A DNA stretch of 64,000 nucleotides, taken from an uncultured Rhodothermales bacterium (GTDB lineage Bacteria > Bacteroidota > Rhodothermia > Rhodothermales > JABDKH01). The notes beneath the pieces are model-generated. The model saw only the letters and a program-made list of their open reading frames with translations. It did no database searches and was not told the origin of the DNA. The stretch spans positions 73,810 through 137,809 of the forward strand of contig CBDUKH010000001.1 in the NCBI GenBank assembly GCA_965367755.1, written 5' to 3'. Below, in pieces: positions 29,371 through 38,572 of the stretch. A program made the translations under genes and the position numbers. Within the stretch, counting starts at the first letter, position 1. Each line of letters starts with the position of its first letter.

Positions 29371-29527
29371 ATTTTCTTATTAACACCCTCATTGCCGTAT
29401 GTGTTAAGTTGCCGACGGGGAGGAGGAAGTGGAGGCCCCCGCGAACACGATCGGGAAAACACCCGTCTCAGGAACGGAAGCAGAAGCGACCCTGTACCTA
29501 GCTCTCAACACAATAATGGTTGATGTT

Positions 29528-31156
29528 ATGAAGCGTGTGCTCTTCGGTGTTACGATACTCCCGATACTACTTGGATCGTCTCTCGCATTTCACGATCTCG
29601 ATGATGACTACTTCGCCATCCGGAAAAACTTCGAGATATTCGGATCCATCTACGAGGACCTGGTGCTGAACTACGTCGACGAGGTTGATGCGGAGCGAAT
29701 GATGCGGTCGGGTATCCAGGCTATGCTCGATGAGTTGGATCCGTATACCGTGTTTTTCGATGAGGCCACGAATGAGCAAATCAGCATCGCTGTTCGTGGA
29801 AAAACAGGATCGCCGGGACTCAGTATCAGCCGACGGAACGACCGAATTATTGTCGATTCTCCAGAAGCGGGTGCTTCGGCATACATTCAGGGTGTTCGTA
29901 CGGGTGATACTATCCTGAAAATCGACGATGTCGATGTTAGCGAACTCTCAGCCTCTGATACCTACAACCTGCTTCGTGGCGAACCCGGCACGGTCGTCAA
30001 AGTTGTTCTCTCGAGAGAGGGTACTGAGTCAGAGTTGGAATTTTTACTCACAAGGACCGTGGTATCCGTCAGCAATGTATCATTCGCAGGAAACATCTCG
30101 GTCGACAACAACGATTTTTCGCTCATTAAGTTAGAGCGTTTTGGTCGCAATGCTGCCGGTGAGGTAAAATCGACGCTGGACTCCTTGTTGAGTTCAACAG
30201 AAAGTCGCGGCGTGATTCTGGACCTACGCGACAATCCCGGCGGGCTACTTAGTGAAGCCGTGGGCATCGTATCGTTGTTCATGCCTTCAGGGAATCCCGT
30301 CGTTTCTACGCAAGGCCGGGCAACGGAAAGTGCACAGCTCTTCAAAACAGAGGGTCAACCCCTTTATCCGACGGGGCCGTTATTCGTGCTCGTAAACGAA
30401 ATCAGTGCCTCGGCCAGTGAAATTGTCGCCGGTGCGCTGCAGGATCACGACAGAGCAGTGATCCTCGGCAATCAATCATTTGGAAAAGGGCTCGTACAGG
30501 TTGTTAACCGCCTGCCCTACAATACCTCATTGAAGATAACAACAGCTCGATACTACACTCCCAGTGGACGCAGCATTCAGCGCTACCATACTGGGACTGA
30601 TGCAGCTATTGGAATATCACCACGACGGCAATTTTCGACTCAGAATGGAAGAACTGTTCTCGACGGCGGTGGAATCGATCCGGACATCGGCACCCGGAGT
30701 ATCGTACAAAGTGATTTGATTGATGCTCTTCAACGCCGCTCCGCCTTCTTCTTTTTCGCCAATTACTTTTCCGGGACGACTCCGAATGTGGATGCTACAT
30801 TCGAGGTAACGGATGCAATCCTTGATGCGTTCGTTGAGTGGCTGGACGGACAACAATTCGAATTCACGACACGCTCCGAGTTAATCCTTGAAGACCTGAG
30901 ACAATCCTTGATCTCGGCTAACTATAGTGACAGCGCTCTCGAGGTCGTCTCAGAAGCTCTCGCAACAGAAAAGCACGCCGATTTCGATCGGTATCAATCT
31001 GAAATCAAACGGCTCCTCCGAAAAGAAATACTTGCGCGATACATGAGCAGCCGGGAATTAATCCGCACCCTGGCAATTTCAGACCCGACCCTGGCCGAAG
31101 CAGCACGACTCGCTATCGATGCCGATAAATACAGCTCTATCCTAAATATCAACTAA
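29528..31156 (+). CDS. ctpA: S41 carboxyl-terminal processing protease (PDZ + catalytic)
   Basis: LDPYT, DLRDNPGGLL, SASASEIVAGALQD, SFGKG; start placed at MKRVLF, which gives a signal peptide. Confidence 0.92.
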   Translation: MKRVLFGVTILPILLGSSLAFHDLDDDYFAIRKNFEIFGSIYEDLVLNYVDEVDAERMMRSGIQAMLDELDPYTVFFDEATNEQISIAVRGKTGSPGLSISRRNDRIIVDSPEAGASAYIQGVRTGDTILKIDDVDVSELSASDTYNLLRGEPGTVVKVVLSREGTESELEFLLTRTVVSVSNVSFAGNISVDNNDFSLIKLERFGRNAAGEVKSTLDSLLSSTESRGVILDLRDNPGGLLSEAVGIVSLFMPSGNPVVSTQGRATESAQLFKTEGQPLYPTGPLFVLVNEISASASEIVAGALQDHDRAVILGNQSFGKGLVQVVNRLPYNTSLKITTARYYTPSGRSIQRYHTGTDAAIGISPRRQFSTQNGRTVLDGGGIDPDIGTRSIVQSDLIDALQRRSAFFFFANYFSGTTPNVDATFEVTDAILDAFVEWLDGQQFEFTTRSELILEDLRQSLISANYSDSALEVVSEALATEKHADFDRYQSEIKRLLRKEILARYMSSRELIRTLAISDPTLAEAARLAIDADKYSSILNIN

Positions 31157-31159
31157 TAC

Positions 31160-31987
31160 ATGCCTGTCGAACACGTAGTTATTTTGGTACTCGGAGGACT
31201 GGCAGCAGGATTTGTTGCGGGTATAATCGGCGTTGGCGGCGGAATCATTTTCGCTCCGGTTCTATATTTCTACTTCGAGGCGGTCGGTGTTGACCCGATA
31301 ATCATTGCCCCACTTGTAATTGGTACCAGTCTTCTCTGCACTACCATTGCTGCCGCCTTTAGTGCATGGTTTCAGGACAAAAAAGATGTTGTCGAATGGC
31401 CCATCTCTATCCGGGTTGGCCTTGGAGCTTCGCTTGCCATCGTCTTGATGACGCGCTTCGTTACAACCCGGGAATGGTTCGACGGCGACGTATTCAAAGT
31501 CGTTTTCTCCGTGATTTTACTTGGCGTTGTTTTCAGGATGCTCTTCAACCGAGCTGGATCCAACGACGAATCTGAAAACCGACGCCGTACCAGCGGCCTA
31601 TTCTACTTTCTGGTAGGCAGTGCGGCGGGCACGGTTAGTTCGATAGCAGGGGTCGGCGGCGGAGTGGTTCTCGTACCTTCGTTCCATCAAGGCCTGGGTT
31701 TGAGCATGATTCGCTCCATTGCCACCTCGAGCGGGACAATCATCTTCATTTCGATGACAGGCGTCGTCAGCTACATGTTACTCGGAGGAGGAATTTCAGG
31801 TGTTAGCCCGGTGTCTATGGGCTATGTCGACATTGGCACAGCCTTGCTGCTGGCGGTACCATCGATTCTGACTGTACGAATGGGAGTGCAGGTCGCGCAC
31901 CGTGTAAATAGAGAGGTATTGAGAAAAGGTTTTGCGGTCATAGCGCTGATCGTCGTCGTCCGCCTTCTACTGTCGGTACTTGGTTGA
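31160..31987 (+). CDS. Sulfite exporter TauE/SafE family membrane protein
   Basis: Duplicated G-x-x-GVGGG-x-x-x-x-P motif, ATS...I, multiple TM segments. Confidence 0.9.
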   Translation: MPVEHVVILVLGGLAAGFVAGIIGVGGGIIFAPVLYFYFEAVGVDPIIIAPLVIGTSLLCTTIAAAFSAWFQDKKDVVEWPISIRVGLGASLAIVLMTRFVTTREWFDGDVFKVVFSVILLGVVFRMLFNRAGSNDESENRRRTSGLFYFLVGSAAGTVSSIAGVGGGVVLVPSFHQGLGLSMIRSIATSSGTIIFISMTGVVSYMLLGGGISGVSPVSMGYVDIGTALLLAVPSILTVRMGVQVAHRVNREVLRKGFAVIALIVVVRLLLSVLG

Positions 31988-32012
31988 GATATTGTCGAAG
32001 GTGCTTGAAAAT

Positions 32013-32045
32013 AAAAAAGGGTGACGAATTGATCGCCACCCCTTT
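32013..32045 (-). terminator. Intrinsic terminator of the dodecin gene (possibly bidirectional)
   Basis: Minus strand GGGTGGCGA...TCGTCACCC followed by T6. Confidence 0.7.
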
Positions 32046-32068
32046 AACGTAGTGCTGTGTCGTTGACG

Positions 32069-32266
32069 TTAGTCGACAACAAAAGTCACTTTGCAATTAA
32101 CGCGGTACTTCTTGACTTTCCCGTCGTCAATCAGGGCCTGAATCGAATCTACGAAAACAGTCTTGACATTACGGACAGACTTACCGGCTTCCGATGCTGC
32201 GTTCTGTACCGCATCATCGATGGTTTTCCCTTCTGCTATTACTTCAATTACTTTTGCTATGGACAT
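32069..32266 (-). CDS. Dodecin-family protein
   Basis: KVIEVIA...DAVQNA...KSVRNV...YRVNCKVTF. Confidence 0.88.
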   Translation of the reverse strand: MSIAKVIEVIAEGKTIDDAVQNAASEAGKSVRNVKTVFVDSIQALIDDGKVKKYRVNCKVTFVVD

Positions 32267-32297
32267 TGAACTACCTGATTTAACATATCAATGAGAC

Positions 32298-32330
32298 AAA
32301 AAAGTCCGACCCCAAAAGGATCGGACTATT
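32298..32330 (-). terminator. Intrinsic terminator of the DUF4332 gene
   Basis: Minus strand AGTCCGATCC/GGGTCGGACT stem followed by a T run. Confidence 0.75.
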
Positions 32331-32339
32331 AAACGCGTT

Positions 32340-32744
32340 TTAATGAGTAACTACGCGTTTCAGTTTTTTAGCTTGTGCTACCCAGCCAGTTACCTGTGAC
32401 TGAGATGCAACTTGACGAACGAGTTTTTTCTTTGCATTAACTTCGTTCATCTTTGCATGCAGGTTCTCTGCGTTACGCTGCGCCAGTTCCACAACAGTAT
32501 CGACGCCTGCGGCTTCGAGAAGCTCAGAATATTCCCCGCCGACGCCTTTGATGCGCATAAGATCTGCGTGGTTCGTGAACCGTAAAATTTTCTGTTCTTC
32601 GATATTCGTTTTAGCAGCGATATCTTTGCGACCTTTTTTGTCGCAGCAGATTTTCAAGAGTGATTCGACCGATCCAACACCAGCTTTCTTAAGCTTGGCT
32701 TCGATCACTGGTCCAACACCTTCGATGGTGGTCAGCTTTGCCAT
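32340..32744 (-). CDS. DUF4332 helix-hairpin-helix protein, Lys-rich
   Basis: IEGVGP, ADLMRIKGVG-x-EYSELLEAAGVDTV-x-ELAQRN. Confidence 0.88.
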   Translation of the reverse strand: MAKLTTIEGVGPVIEAKLKKAGVGSVESLLKICCDKKGRKDIAAKTNIEEQKILRFTNHADLMRIKGVGGEYSELLEAAGVDTVVELAQRNAENLHAKMNEVNAKKKLVRQVASQSQVTGWVAQAKKLKRVVTH

Positions 32745-33117
32745 GAAAATATTCCTCGTGGAATCGTTTGGTGAACTATTAAATTAATTAAGCAATTTGA
32801 TGCCAAGCTGTCAAGATGACTGCCCTTTGCTAGGTAAAGATAATACCTGGCGCATCGTTATTCGACGGCTAGATCAGGATTCATGCCAAGTGTGCGTTGA
32901 CACCTACTTTTACCAATTCTGTAGTATTCTGCCACACTTTTGTGTCACTAGATAGCACACTTCTCGCCTGTCGCACGGTTTCTTTGACCTTTTCGCGATC
33001 GGGCATCCGGTTTGTATATTGCCTGTTGATCGTGAATACAAAGCGTGCAAGGACGGCTCCGACGTTCCTCTTCCGATCATTCCGTCCGTTTAACATAATC
33101 GATAGGAGTTTTAGTAA

Positions 33118-33543
33118 ATGGGTTTATTTAGCTTCTTAAAAGGTATTGGCAAGAAAGTCATGCCTGGTCGCGAGGCCGAAGAAATTAAGCAAGACATCAC
33201 CGATTCACTCGGTGGAAAAGTTCAAGATCTTTCCGTCAGCTTCGCAGATGGGACAGTCACAATGGGAGGCACTGTCGAAACGGCAGCTGTCCGTGAGAAA
33301 GCGATTCTGCTTGCAGGAAATGTTGAAGGCGTCGAAAAGGTTATCGACAATCTTTCAGTTGCTGCAGACAAGCCGGTTTTCTATACCGTGAAAGAAGGTG
33401 ATTCTCTATCAAAGATTGCTAAAGGAGAGTACGGCGACGCCATGAAATGGCAGGCCCTCTTCGAAGCCAATCGCGAAGTAATAAAAGATCCTGACCTGAT
33501 CTATCCAGGCCAACAAATCCGGATACCTAATCTGGACGCCTAG
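33118..33543 (+). CDS. BON + LysM protein (Kbp/YgaU-like)
   Basis: MGLFSFLK, KAILLAGNVEGV, YTVKEGDSLSKIAK...IYPGQ. Confidence 0.93.
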   Translation: MGLFSFLKGIGKKVMPGREAEEIKQDITDSLGGKVQDLSVSFADGTVTMGGTVETAAVREKAILLAGNVEGVEKVIDNLSVAADKPVFYTVKEGDSLSKIAKGEYGDAMKWQALFEANREVIKDPDLIYPGQQIRIPNLDA

Positions 33544-33563
33544 TTATTGCTAATCAGCAAATC

Positions 33564-33596
33564 AAAGCGTACGACGAAAGTCGTACGCTTTTTTTG
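33564..33596 (+). terminator. Intrinsic terminator
   Basis: Perfect AAAGCGTACGAC-GAAA-GTCGTACGCTTT followed by a T run. Confidence 0.92.
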
Positions 33597-33672
33597 TATC
33601 AACTATTGTCGTAATAACTCACGCTCATGTGACACCAATAAATCATACGCGACAATAAACTCGAAATTCTGT

Positions 33673-34719
33673 ATGCAAATGCCATCTACTCTCGATTCGG
33701 TGAGGGAATACTACGGGAAAACCCTGCAAACCACGGGAGATCTCAAAACAAATGCCTGCTGCACAACAGACACTTTACCGTCTCATGTAAAGGCAGCACT
33801 GTCTCTTATCGATGACGAAATTCTGACCCGATTCTACGGTTGTGGCTCACCGCTTCCTCCTGGACTCGACGGTACCTCCGTCCTTGACCTGGGCTGCGGG
33901 ACCGGACGCGATGCTTTCGTTGCGTCCAAACTCGTCGGGCCGGAAGGTTTTGTAATTGGTGTGGACATGACAGCTGAACAACTCGACGTAGCTCAACGCC
34001 ACGTCGATCTTCAGACGGCTAGATTTGGATACACTGAACCCAACATCGATTTCCGACTTGGATATATAGAGGATCTCCGTACCGTCGGAATAGAAGACAA
34101 CTCGATCGATGTCGTAATTTCTAACTGTGTCATTAATCTCTCCCCTGAAAAGCGCGCCGTCTTCGAGGAGATTTTACGGGTGTTGAAACCGGGCGGCGAG
34201 CTATTCTTTTCTGATGTATTTGCAGACAGGCGGATCCCCTCCTCTATCTCTAATGATCCGGAGCTGTATGGCGAATGCCTGGGTGGAGCCATGTACACGG
34301 AAGATTTTAGAAGGATGCTACGAGACATTGGCGTCCAGGATTTCCGAGTTGTAACCAGCAGGGAAATCACCATCGACAATGAACAGATCCAGCGCCGAGT
34401 CGGCAATATCTGCTTTACCTCAAAAACGGTGCGCGTCTTTAAGCTCGGTGATAGTATTGAGGACCAGTGTGAGAATTATGGACAGGTGGCCTACTATCGA
34501 GGCACTATTGCAGAGAATCCACACTCCTTTACGCTCGACGATCACCATGTCTTTGAGCGGAACATGCCCGTCACCGTCTGCGGAAACACAGCCGCTATGC
34601 TGGAAGAAACGCGGTATGGCCAACATTTCACCATCGTCGGTGATAGATCCGAACATTTTGGGCTCTTCGACTGCTCACCAACGAGTGCTTCCGTCGACCC
34701 AAACGACTGTGGTTGCTAG
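33673..34719 (+). CDS. arsM: Arsenite S-adenosylmethyltransferase (AS3MT-like long form)
   Basis: YYG...DLKTNAC, FYGCG, VLDLGCGTGRD, SNCVINL, YGECLGGA, matching the four-Cys pattern of AS3MT; start at 33673 or 33679. Confidence 0.85.
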   Translation: MQMPSTLDSVREYYGKTLQTTGDLKTNACCTTDTLPSHVKAALSLIDDEILTRFYGCGSPLPPGLDGTSVLDLGCGTGRDAFVASKLVGPEGFVIGVDMTAEQLDVAQRHVDLQTARFGYTEPNIDFRLGYIEDLRTVGIEDNSIDVVISNCVINLSPEKRAVFEEILRVLKPGGELFFSDVFADRRIPSSISNDPELYGECLGGAMYTEDFRRMLRDIGVQDFRVVTSREITIDNEQIQRRVGNICFTSKTVRVFKLGDSIEDQCENYGQVAYYRGTIAENPHSFTLDDHHVFERNMPVTVCGNTAAMLEETRYGQHFTIVGDRSEHFGLFDCSPTSASVDPNDCGC

Positions 34720-34789
34720 TTAGGAGGTAGAAACTCACTAAAGGCACACTCGTAGTACGAGTTCATTCAAAGCGCAACTCGTACGAGGT

Positions 34790-35938
34790 ATGATCAATCG
34801 TATTGTCCTGGCGTCGCTACTTGGCGTCTTTGTAGGCATTGGATGCAATGCTCAGTCGACAAACTCGCAACAGCTTACTCAGACGCCTGACCTCACGGCT
34901 GTCAACAATTCTGTATCTGAAGGGCGCCAGACCGCAATAACAAGAGCCGTCGCCAATGCAACCCCTGCGGTTGTAAGTGTAAACGTCATTTCCGTCCAAC
35001 GAGTACAAGTTCGCGACCCATTCGACAGCTTTTTTTCTGATCCGTTCTTCGAACAGTTTTTTGGCGGCAGACGAAATCGCGAATACGAACGCCAGGTCCA
35101 GGGCCTGGGCTCGGGATTTGTAATCTCACCTGACGGATATATCGTGACAAATCACCATGTAGCCGGAAACGCTACGGAGATCACTGTTTCATTCAACGAT
35201 GGATCAACACTCCCTGCAACCCTCGTGGGTAGTGATGAAGCTACAGACCTGGCCCTGCTGAAAGTTGACAGTAATAAACCTTTGCATTACATCCCCTTTT
35301 CCAGCAGCGACGCCATCGTTGGAGAGTGGGCCATTGCCCTGGGAAATCCGTTTGGATTGTTCGAAGCCACTGAGCCTACAGTGACGGTGGGAGTTGTCAG
35401 CGCTATCGATCGCGATTTTGAGCTCAAGGATCGTCACGTCTATCGTGATATGATTCAGACTGACGCATCAATCAATCAAGGCAACTCCGGTGGTCCGCTC
35501 GTGAATGCTGTTGGGGAAGTCATTGGCGTAAATACATTTATCTTCACGCAATCCGGTGGATCAATCGGCCTCGGGTTCGCGGTCCCGGCCATCAAGGCAA
35601 GTCGCATCGTCGATGAGCTTCGGGAGCAGGGAAAAGTAGATCGCTCGTACTATACAGGACTCTACGGTGTTGACGTCGATCGTAATGTAGCTGTGGAGCT
35701 GGCCTTGAGCAGAATTGCCGGCGTTCTCGTAGAAAGAATCGACCCCAGCTCACCGGCCGAACTCGCCGGTTTCAAACCGTGGGATGTTATCATTGCCATC
35801 GAAGGAGAACCGATCGAAAACCGAGCCGCGTTTGTTGCCAGGCTCTACGACTTTCGCCCGGGTGACGACCTTACGTTCGACGTTGTTCGTTCAGGACGAC
35901 AGATCTCCCTGGGTATGGAACTCGGACGGTATGAATAA
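34790..35938 (+). CDS. HtrA/DegP-like trypsin serine protease with one PDZ domain
   Basis: GSGFVI, TNHHV, DLALLK, TDASINQGNSGGPL; lipobox-like GIGC. Confidence 0.93.
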   Translation: MINRIVLASLLGVFVGIGCNAQSTNSQQLTQTPDLTAVNNSVSEGRQTAITRAVANATPAVVSVNVISVQRVQVRDPFDSFFSDPFFEQFFGGRRNREYERQVQGLGSGFVISPDGYIVTNHHVAGNATEITVSFNDGSTLPATLVGSDEATDLALLKVDSNKPLHYIPFSSSDAIVGEWAIALGNPFGLFEATEPTVTVGVVSAIDRDFELKDRHVYRDMIQTDASINQGNSGGPLVNAVGEVIGVNTFIFTQSGGSIGLGFAVPAIKASRIVDELREQGKVDRSYYTGLYGVDVDRNVAVELALSRIAGVLVERIDPSSPAELAGFKPWDVIIAIEGEPIENRAAFVARLYDFRPGDDLTFDVVRSGRQISLGMELGRYE

Positions 35939-36959
35939 CCGTCCTGCTACAGCATTAACTGTCTTTTTTCTGTTGATCACGCTCGCTGGATGCCTGCCGA
36001 GTTCTTGCAAACGCACGGAGTCGCGCGACCTGTTTCCAGCCGACTCATTATCTCGTCAACTTGCAGCGGTAACCGTCGAAGACACCCTTACAGTTTTTGG
36101 ACTGTCCTCTGGTGACGGCACTCGTCCCTTTGAATATCCAAGGTCCATCCAGTTTGAGTCGACGGGAACGTTACTTGTTGCCGACGTAGGTAATGGTCGA
36201 ATAAACCGAATCGCCAGTGATGGCTCATATCTGACAACAATAGATTCTTCCCTCACACTCCCTTTTCTCGCCGGAAGAATACGAGATACAACTTTCGTCT
36301 TCGACGCAGCAACGAATGTCATCCGCTTTATTGTCGGCGACTCGTCAAGAACCTGGAGTTCAATACAGACAGGAAACCTGGAAGAGAATTCGGTCAGGTA
36401 TGCGGTTGTACATGATGGGCAAACCTACCTGAAGCTTGTACCTGAAGGCGCCCCGGCAACCCTTTCCACGTTCAGCGACACTGGAGAACTTGTTTATTCT
36501 ATTGACCTGCCTGGCGCCTCGTGGCAGTGGGCCGGGTTCCTTCGGTCCGTCGATTCCTCGCTCATTAGTCTCAGAGGATATCAGCCTCAGATTGACATCT
36601 TTGACAGTGATCTCGAGCACGATTCATTGCGACTATCCGGTTTCGACTCTCCCATGCTCGCAAGGACCCGATCATTTCTTCTGGGTGATGCTCACGCTCC
36701 ACCGCTGCTTACTGCCTCGGCGTCGTTTACAGACAAATATATCTTCGTTCTGAACATGCGCCCTGGCTGGACGCGGATTGATGTGTTTACACGAGAAGGC
36801 ACACTCGAGCGAATTCTTACACGAGAAAACCCTTCGTTCAACAAGGAGTACTTCCCTACCGACCTCTCCGTTTTTCATTCCGGAAGTGGCACGTACCTGC
36901 TCGCGGTAACCTATGTTAAACCCGATGGTAGAGTCGAAACGTACGAATGGTCTGAATAG
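35931..36959 (+). CDS. Hypothetical lipoprotein, possible beta-propeller
   Basis: Lipobox LAGC; NHL-like FEYPRSI...LLVAD-x-GNGRI; overlaps the htrA stop. Confidence 0.65.
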   Translation: MNNRPATALTVFFLLITLAGCLPSSCKRTESRDLFPADSLSRQLAAVTVEDTLTVFGLSSGDGTRPFEYPRSIQFESTGTLLVADVGNGRINRIASDGSYLTTIDSSLTLPFLAGRIRDTTFVFDAATNVIRFIVGDSSRTWSSIQTGNLEENSVRYAVVHDGQTYLKLVPEGAPATLSTFSDTGELVYSIDLPGASWQWAGFLRSVDSSLISLRGYQPQIDIFDSDLEHDSLRLSGFDSPMLARTRSFLLGDAHAPPLLTASASFTDKYIFVLNMRPGWTRIDVFTREGTLERILTRENPSFNKEYFPTDLSVFHSGSGTYLLAVTYVKPDGRVETYEWSE

Positions 36960-36988
36960 ACTTCTTCGCCGCGCTAATCACCTTTTTT

Positions 36989-38503
36989 ATGAGTAGAAGA
37001 TTGGACAGACCCGAAATCAGCACGCTTGGACAGCTGAAAGAATCCGGATATAAACGGCAAACAGTTAAAGATGAACTGCGTCACAATTTGATAGCACGAC
37101 TCAAGGACGGCTCAAACGTCTTTACCGGGATTATCGGATACGATGATACCGTCGTCCCTCAGATTCAGAACGCGATTCTCGGGAAACACGATATAATTCT
37201 CCTTGGACTCCGTGGCCAGGCAAAGAGTCGCATTCTGCGAATTCTCCCGTCGCTCCTCGATGAGTACGTTCCGGTAATTGCAGGCAGCGAAGTCCACGAC
37301 GACCCTCTGGCCCCGATCTCGAGCTACGGAAAAAACCTTGTCGCAGTCAAAGGTGATGAGACTCCTATTCAATGGTTGCATCGCAGCGAGCGCTATGCCG
37401 AAAAGCTGGCAACACCTGACACCACCATGGCCGACCTTATCGGCGACATTGACCCTATCAAGGCGGCAAACCTCAAGCTGTCTTACGCCGACGAAGACGT
37501 GATACACTTCGGTATTATACCGCGGACCAATCGCGGAATTTTTGCCATCAATGAACTACCAGACCTCCAGCCTCGCATACAGGTTGGATTGTTAAACGTG
37601 ATGGAAGAACAGGACATTCAAATTCGCGGTTTCAATGTTCGTTTTCCTCTTGATCTCCTCATGGTATTTTCGGCCAATCCGGAGGACTACACCAATCGGG
37701 GCAATATCATCACGCCGTTGAAGGATAGAATTGACAGCCAGATTTTTACGCACTATCCCCTGACGATCGAAACCGGAATCTCGATTACCAGGCAAGAGGC
37801 ATGGGAAGACCGGTCCGGCGTTTCAGTCAACGTTCCTCATTTCTTTCGGGAGATCATTGAGCATGTAGCTCTGGAGGCACGACACAGTGAATATGTTGAC
37901 CAGAAATCCGGCGTATCCGTTCGAATGACCCGGGCAGCATTGGAAGATCTCGTATCTGCATGTGAGCGACGAGCAATTTTAAACAATGAGGACGAGACGA
38001 CAGCAAGGGTCTCCGACCTGTATGCAATCGAGCCAGCAATAACCGGAAAAATTGAATTAGTCTACGAGGGAGAACAAGAAGGCGCTCAGAATGTCGCCCG
38101 GCTCCTGGTTGGAAAGGCGGTGCGTACCGTCTTCGGAACTCATTTTCCTAATCCGGCCGACAAGCGCGTCGGCAAGACACCCTACGAAAAAATTCTGACC
38201 TGGTTTGCTGCTGGCAACAAGTTAGAGTTCGAGACCTCCATGCCCGCTTCTACTTTTGCTTCGGCTCTCGACCGGGTCGATGGACTTCGTCAACTCGTAA
38301 CTGAACGTTTCGCCTCTTCGACCGCGGTCGAAAAAGCTTCTCTGATGGAGCTCGTCCTGGAAGGATTGCACCAGCACTCACTGATCGGTAAGGAAACCGA
38401 GTCTACAGATATCTCCTATTCCGACATGATGGGCTCAATGCTTTCGTCGCTCGACCCGTTTCAGTCGGACGATGACGACGAGGATTACTTTCGGGACCTC
38501 TAA
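36989..38503 (+). CDS. AAA+ ATPase of the Mg-chelatase/sigma54-interaction-like uncharacterised family
   Basis: Walker A-like GLRGQAKS, AINELPDL, SANPEDYTNRG, PLKDR. Confidence 0.85.
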   Translation: MSRRLDRPEISTLGQLKESGYKRQTVKDELRHNLIARLKDGSNVFTGIIGYDDTVVPQIQNAILGKHDIILLGLRGQAKSRILRILPSLLDEYVPVIAGSEVHDDPLAPISSYGKNLVAVKGDETPIQWLHRSERYAEKLATPDTTMADLIGDIDPIKAANLKLSYADEDVIHFGIIPRTNRGIFAINELPDLQPRIQVGLLNVMEEQDIQIRGFNVRFPLDLLMVFSANPEDYTNRGNIITPLKDRIDSQIFTHYPLTIETGISITRQEAWEDRSGVSVNVPHFFREIIEHVALEARHSEYVDQKSGVSVRMTRAALEDLVSACERRAILNNEDETTARVSDLYAIEPAITGKIELVYEGEQEGAQNVARLLVGKAVRTVFGTHFPNPADKRVGKTPYEKILTWFAAGNKLEFETSMPASTFASALDRVDGLRQLVTERFASSTAVEKASLMELVLEGLHQHSLIGKETESTDISYSDMMGSMLSSLDPFQSDDDDEDYFRDL

Positions 38504-38572
38504 CCTCATTCAAAATCAGCACTCAAGGTGCGACGACGACGGGCCCACCGGTGGTCCTGGATCCCGACTGTT

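Noticed and set aside
29461-29483. TCAGG...AAGCAG resembling SRP RNA helix 8 or a glycine riboswitch 3' end
   Set aside because: It lacks the intervening NNN-GNRA-NNN hairpin of SRP RNA and the GGAGA/CCGAAG elements of glycine aptamers.
32881-33139. Two short minus-strand ORFs between DUF4332 and BON-LysM
   Set aside because: No homology or signal features recognised; the region more likely holds divergent promoters.
33604-33657. 8-bp inverted repeat TATTGTCG/CGACAATA upstream of arsM as an ArsR operator
   Set aside because: The 38-nt spacer is too long for a typical operator, and a match this short can occur by chance.
33547-33672. N-terminal extensions in the ORF track (arsM, TBDR 1, ctpA, the 35784 lipoprotein, BtpA)
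   Set aside because: They run through terminators or neighbouring genes and precede the natural signal peptide or family start; treated as start-calling artefacts.
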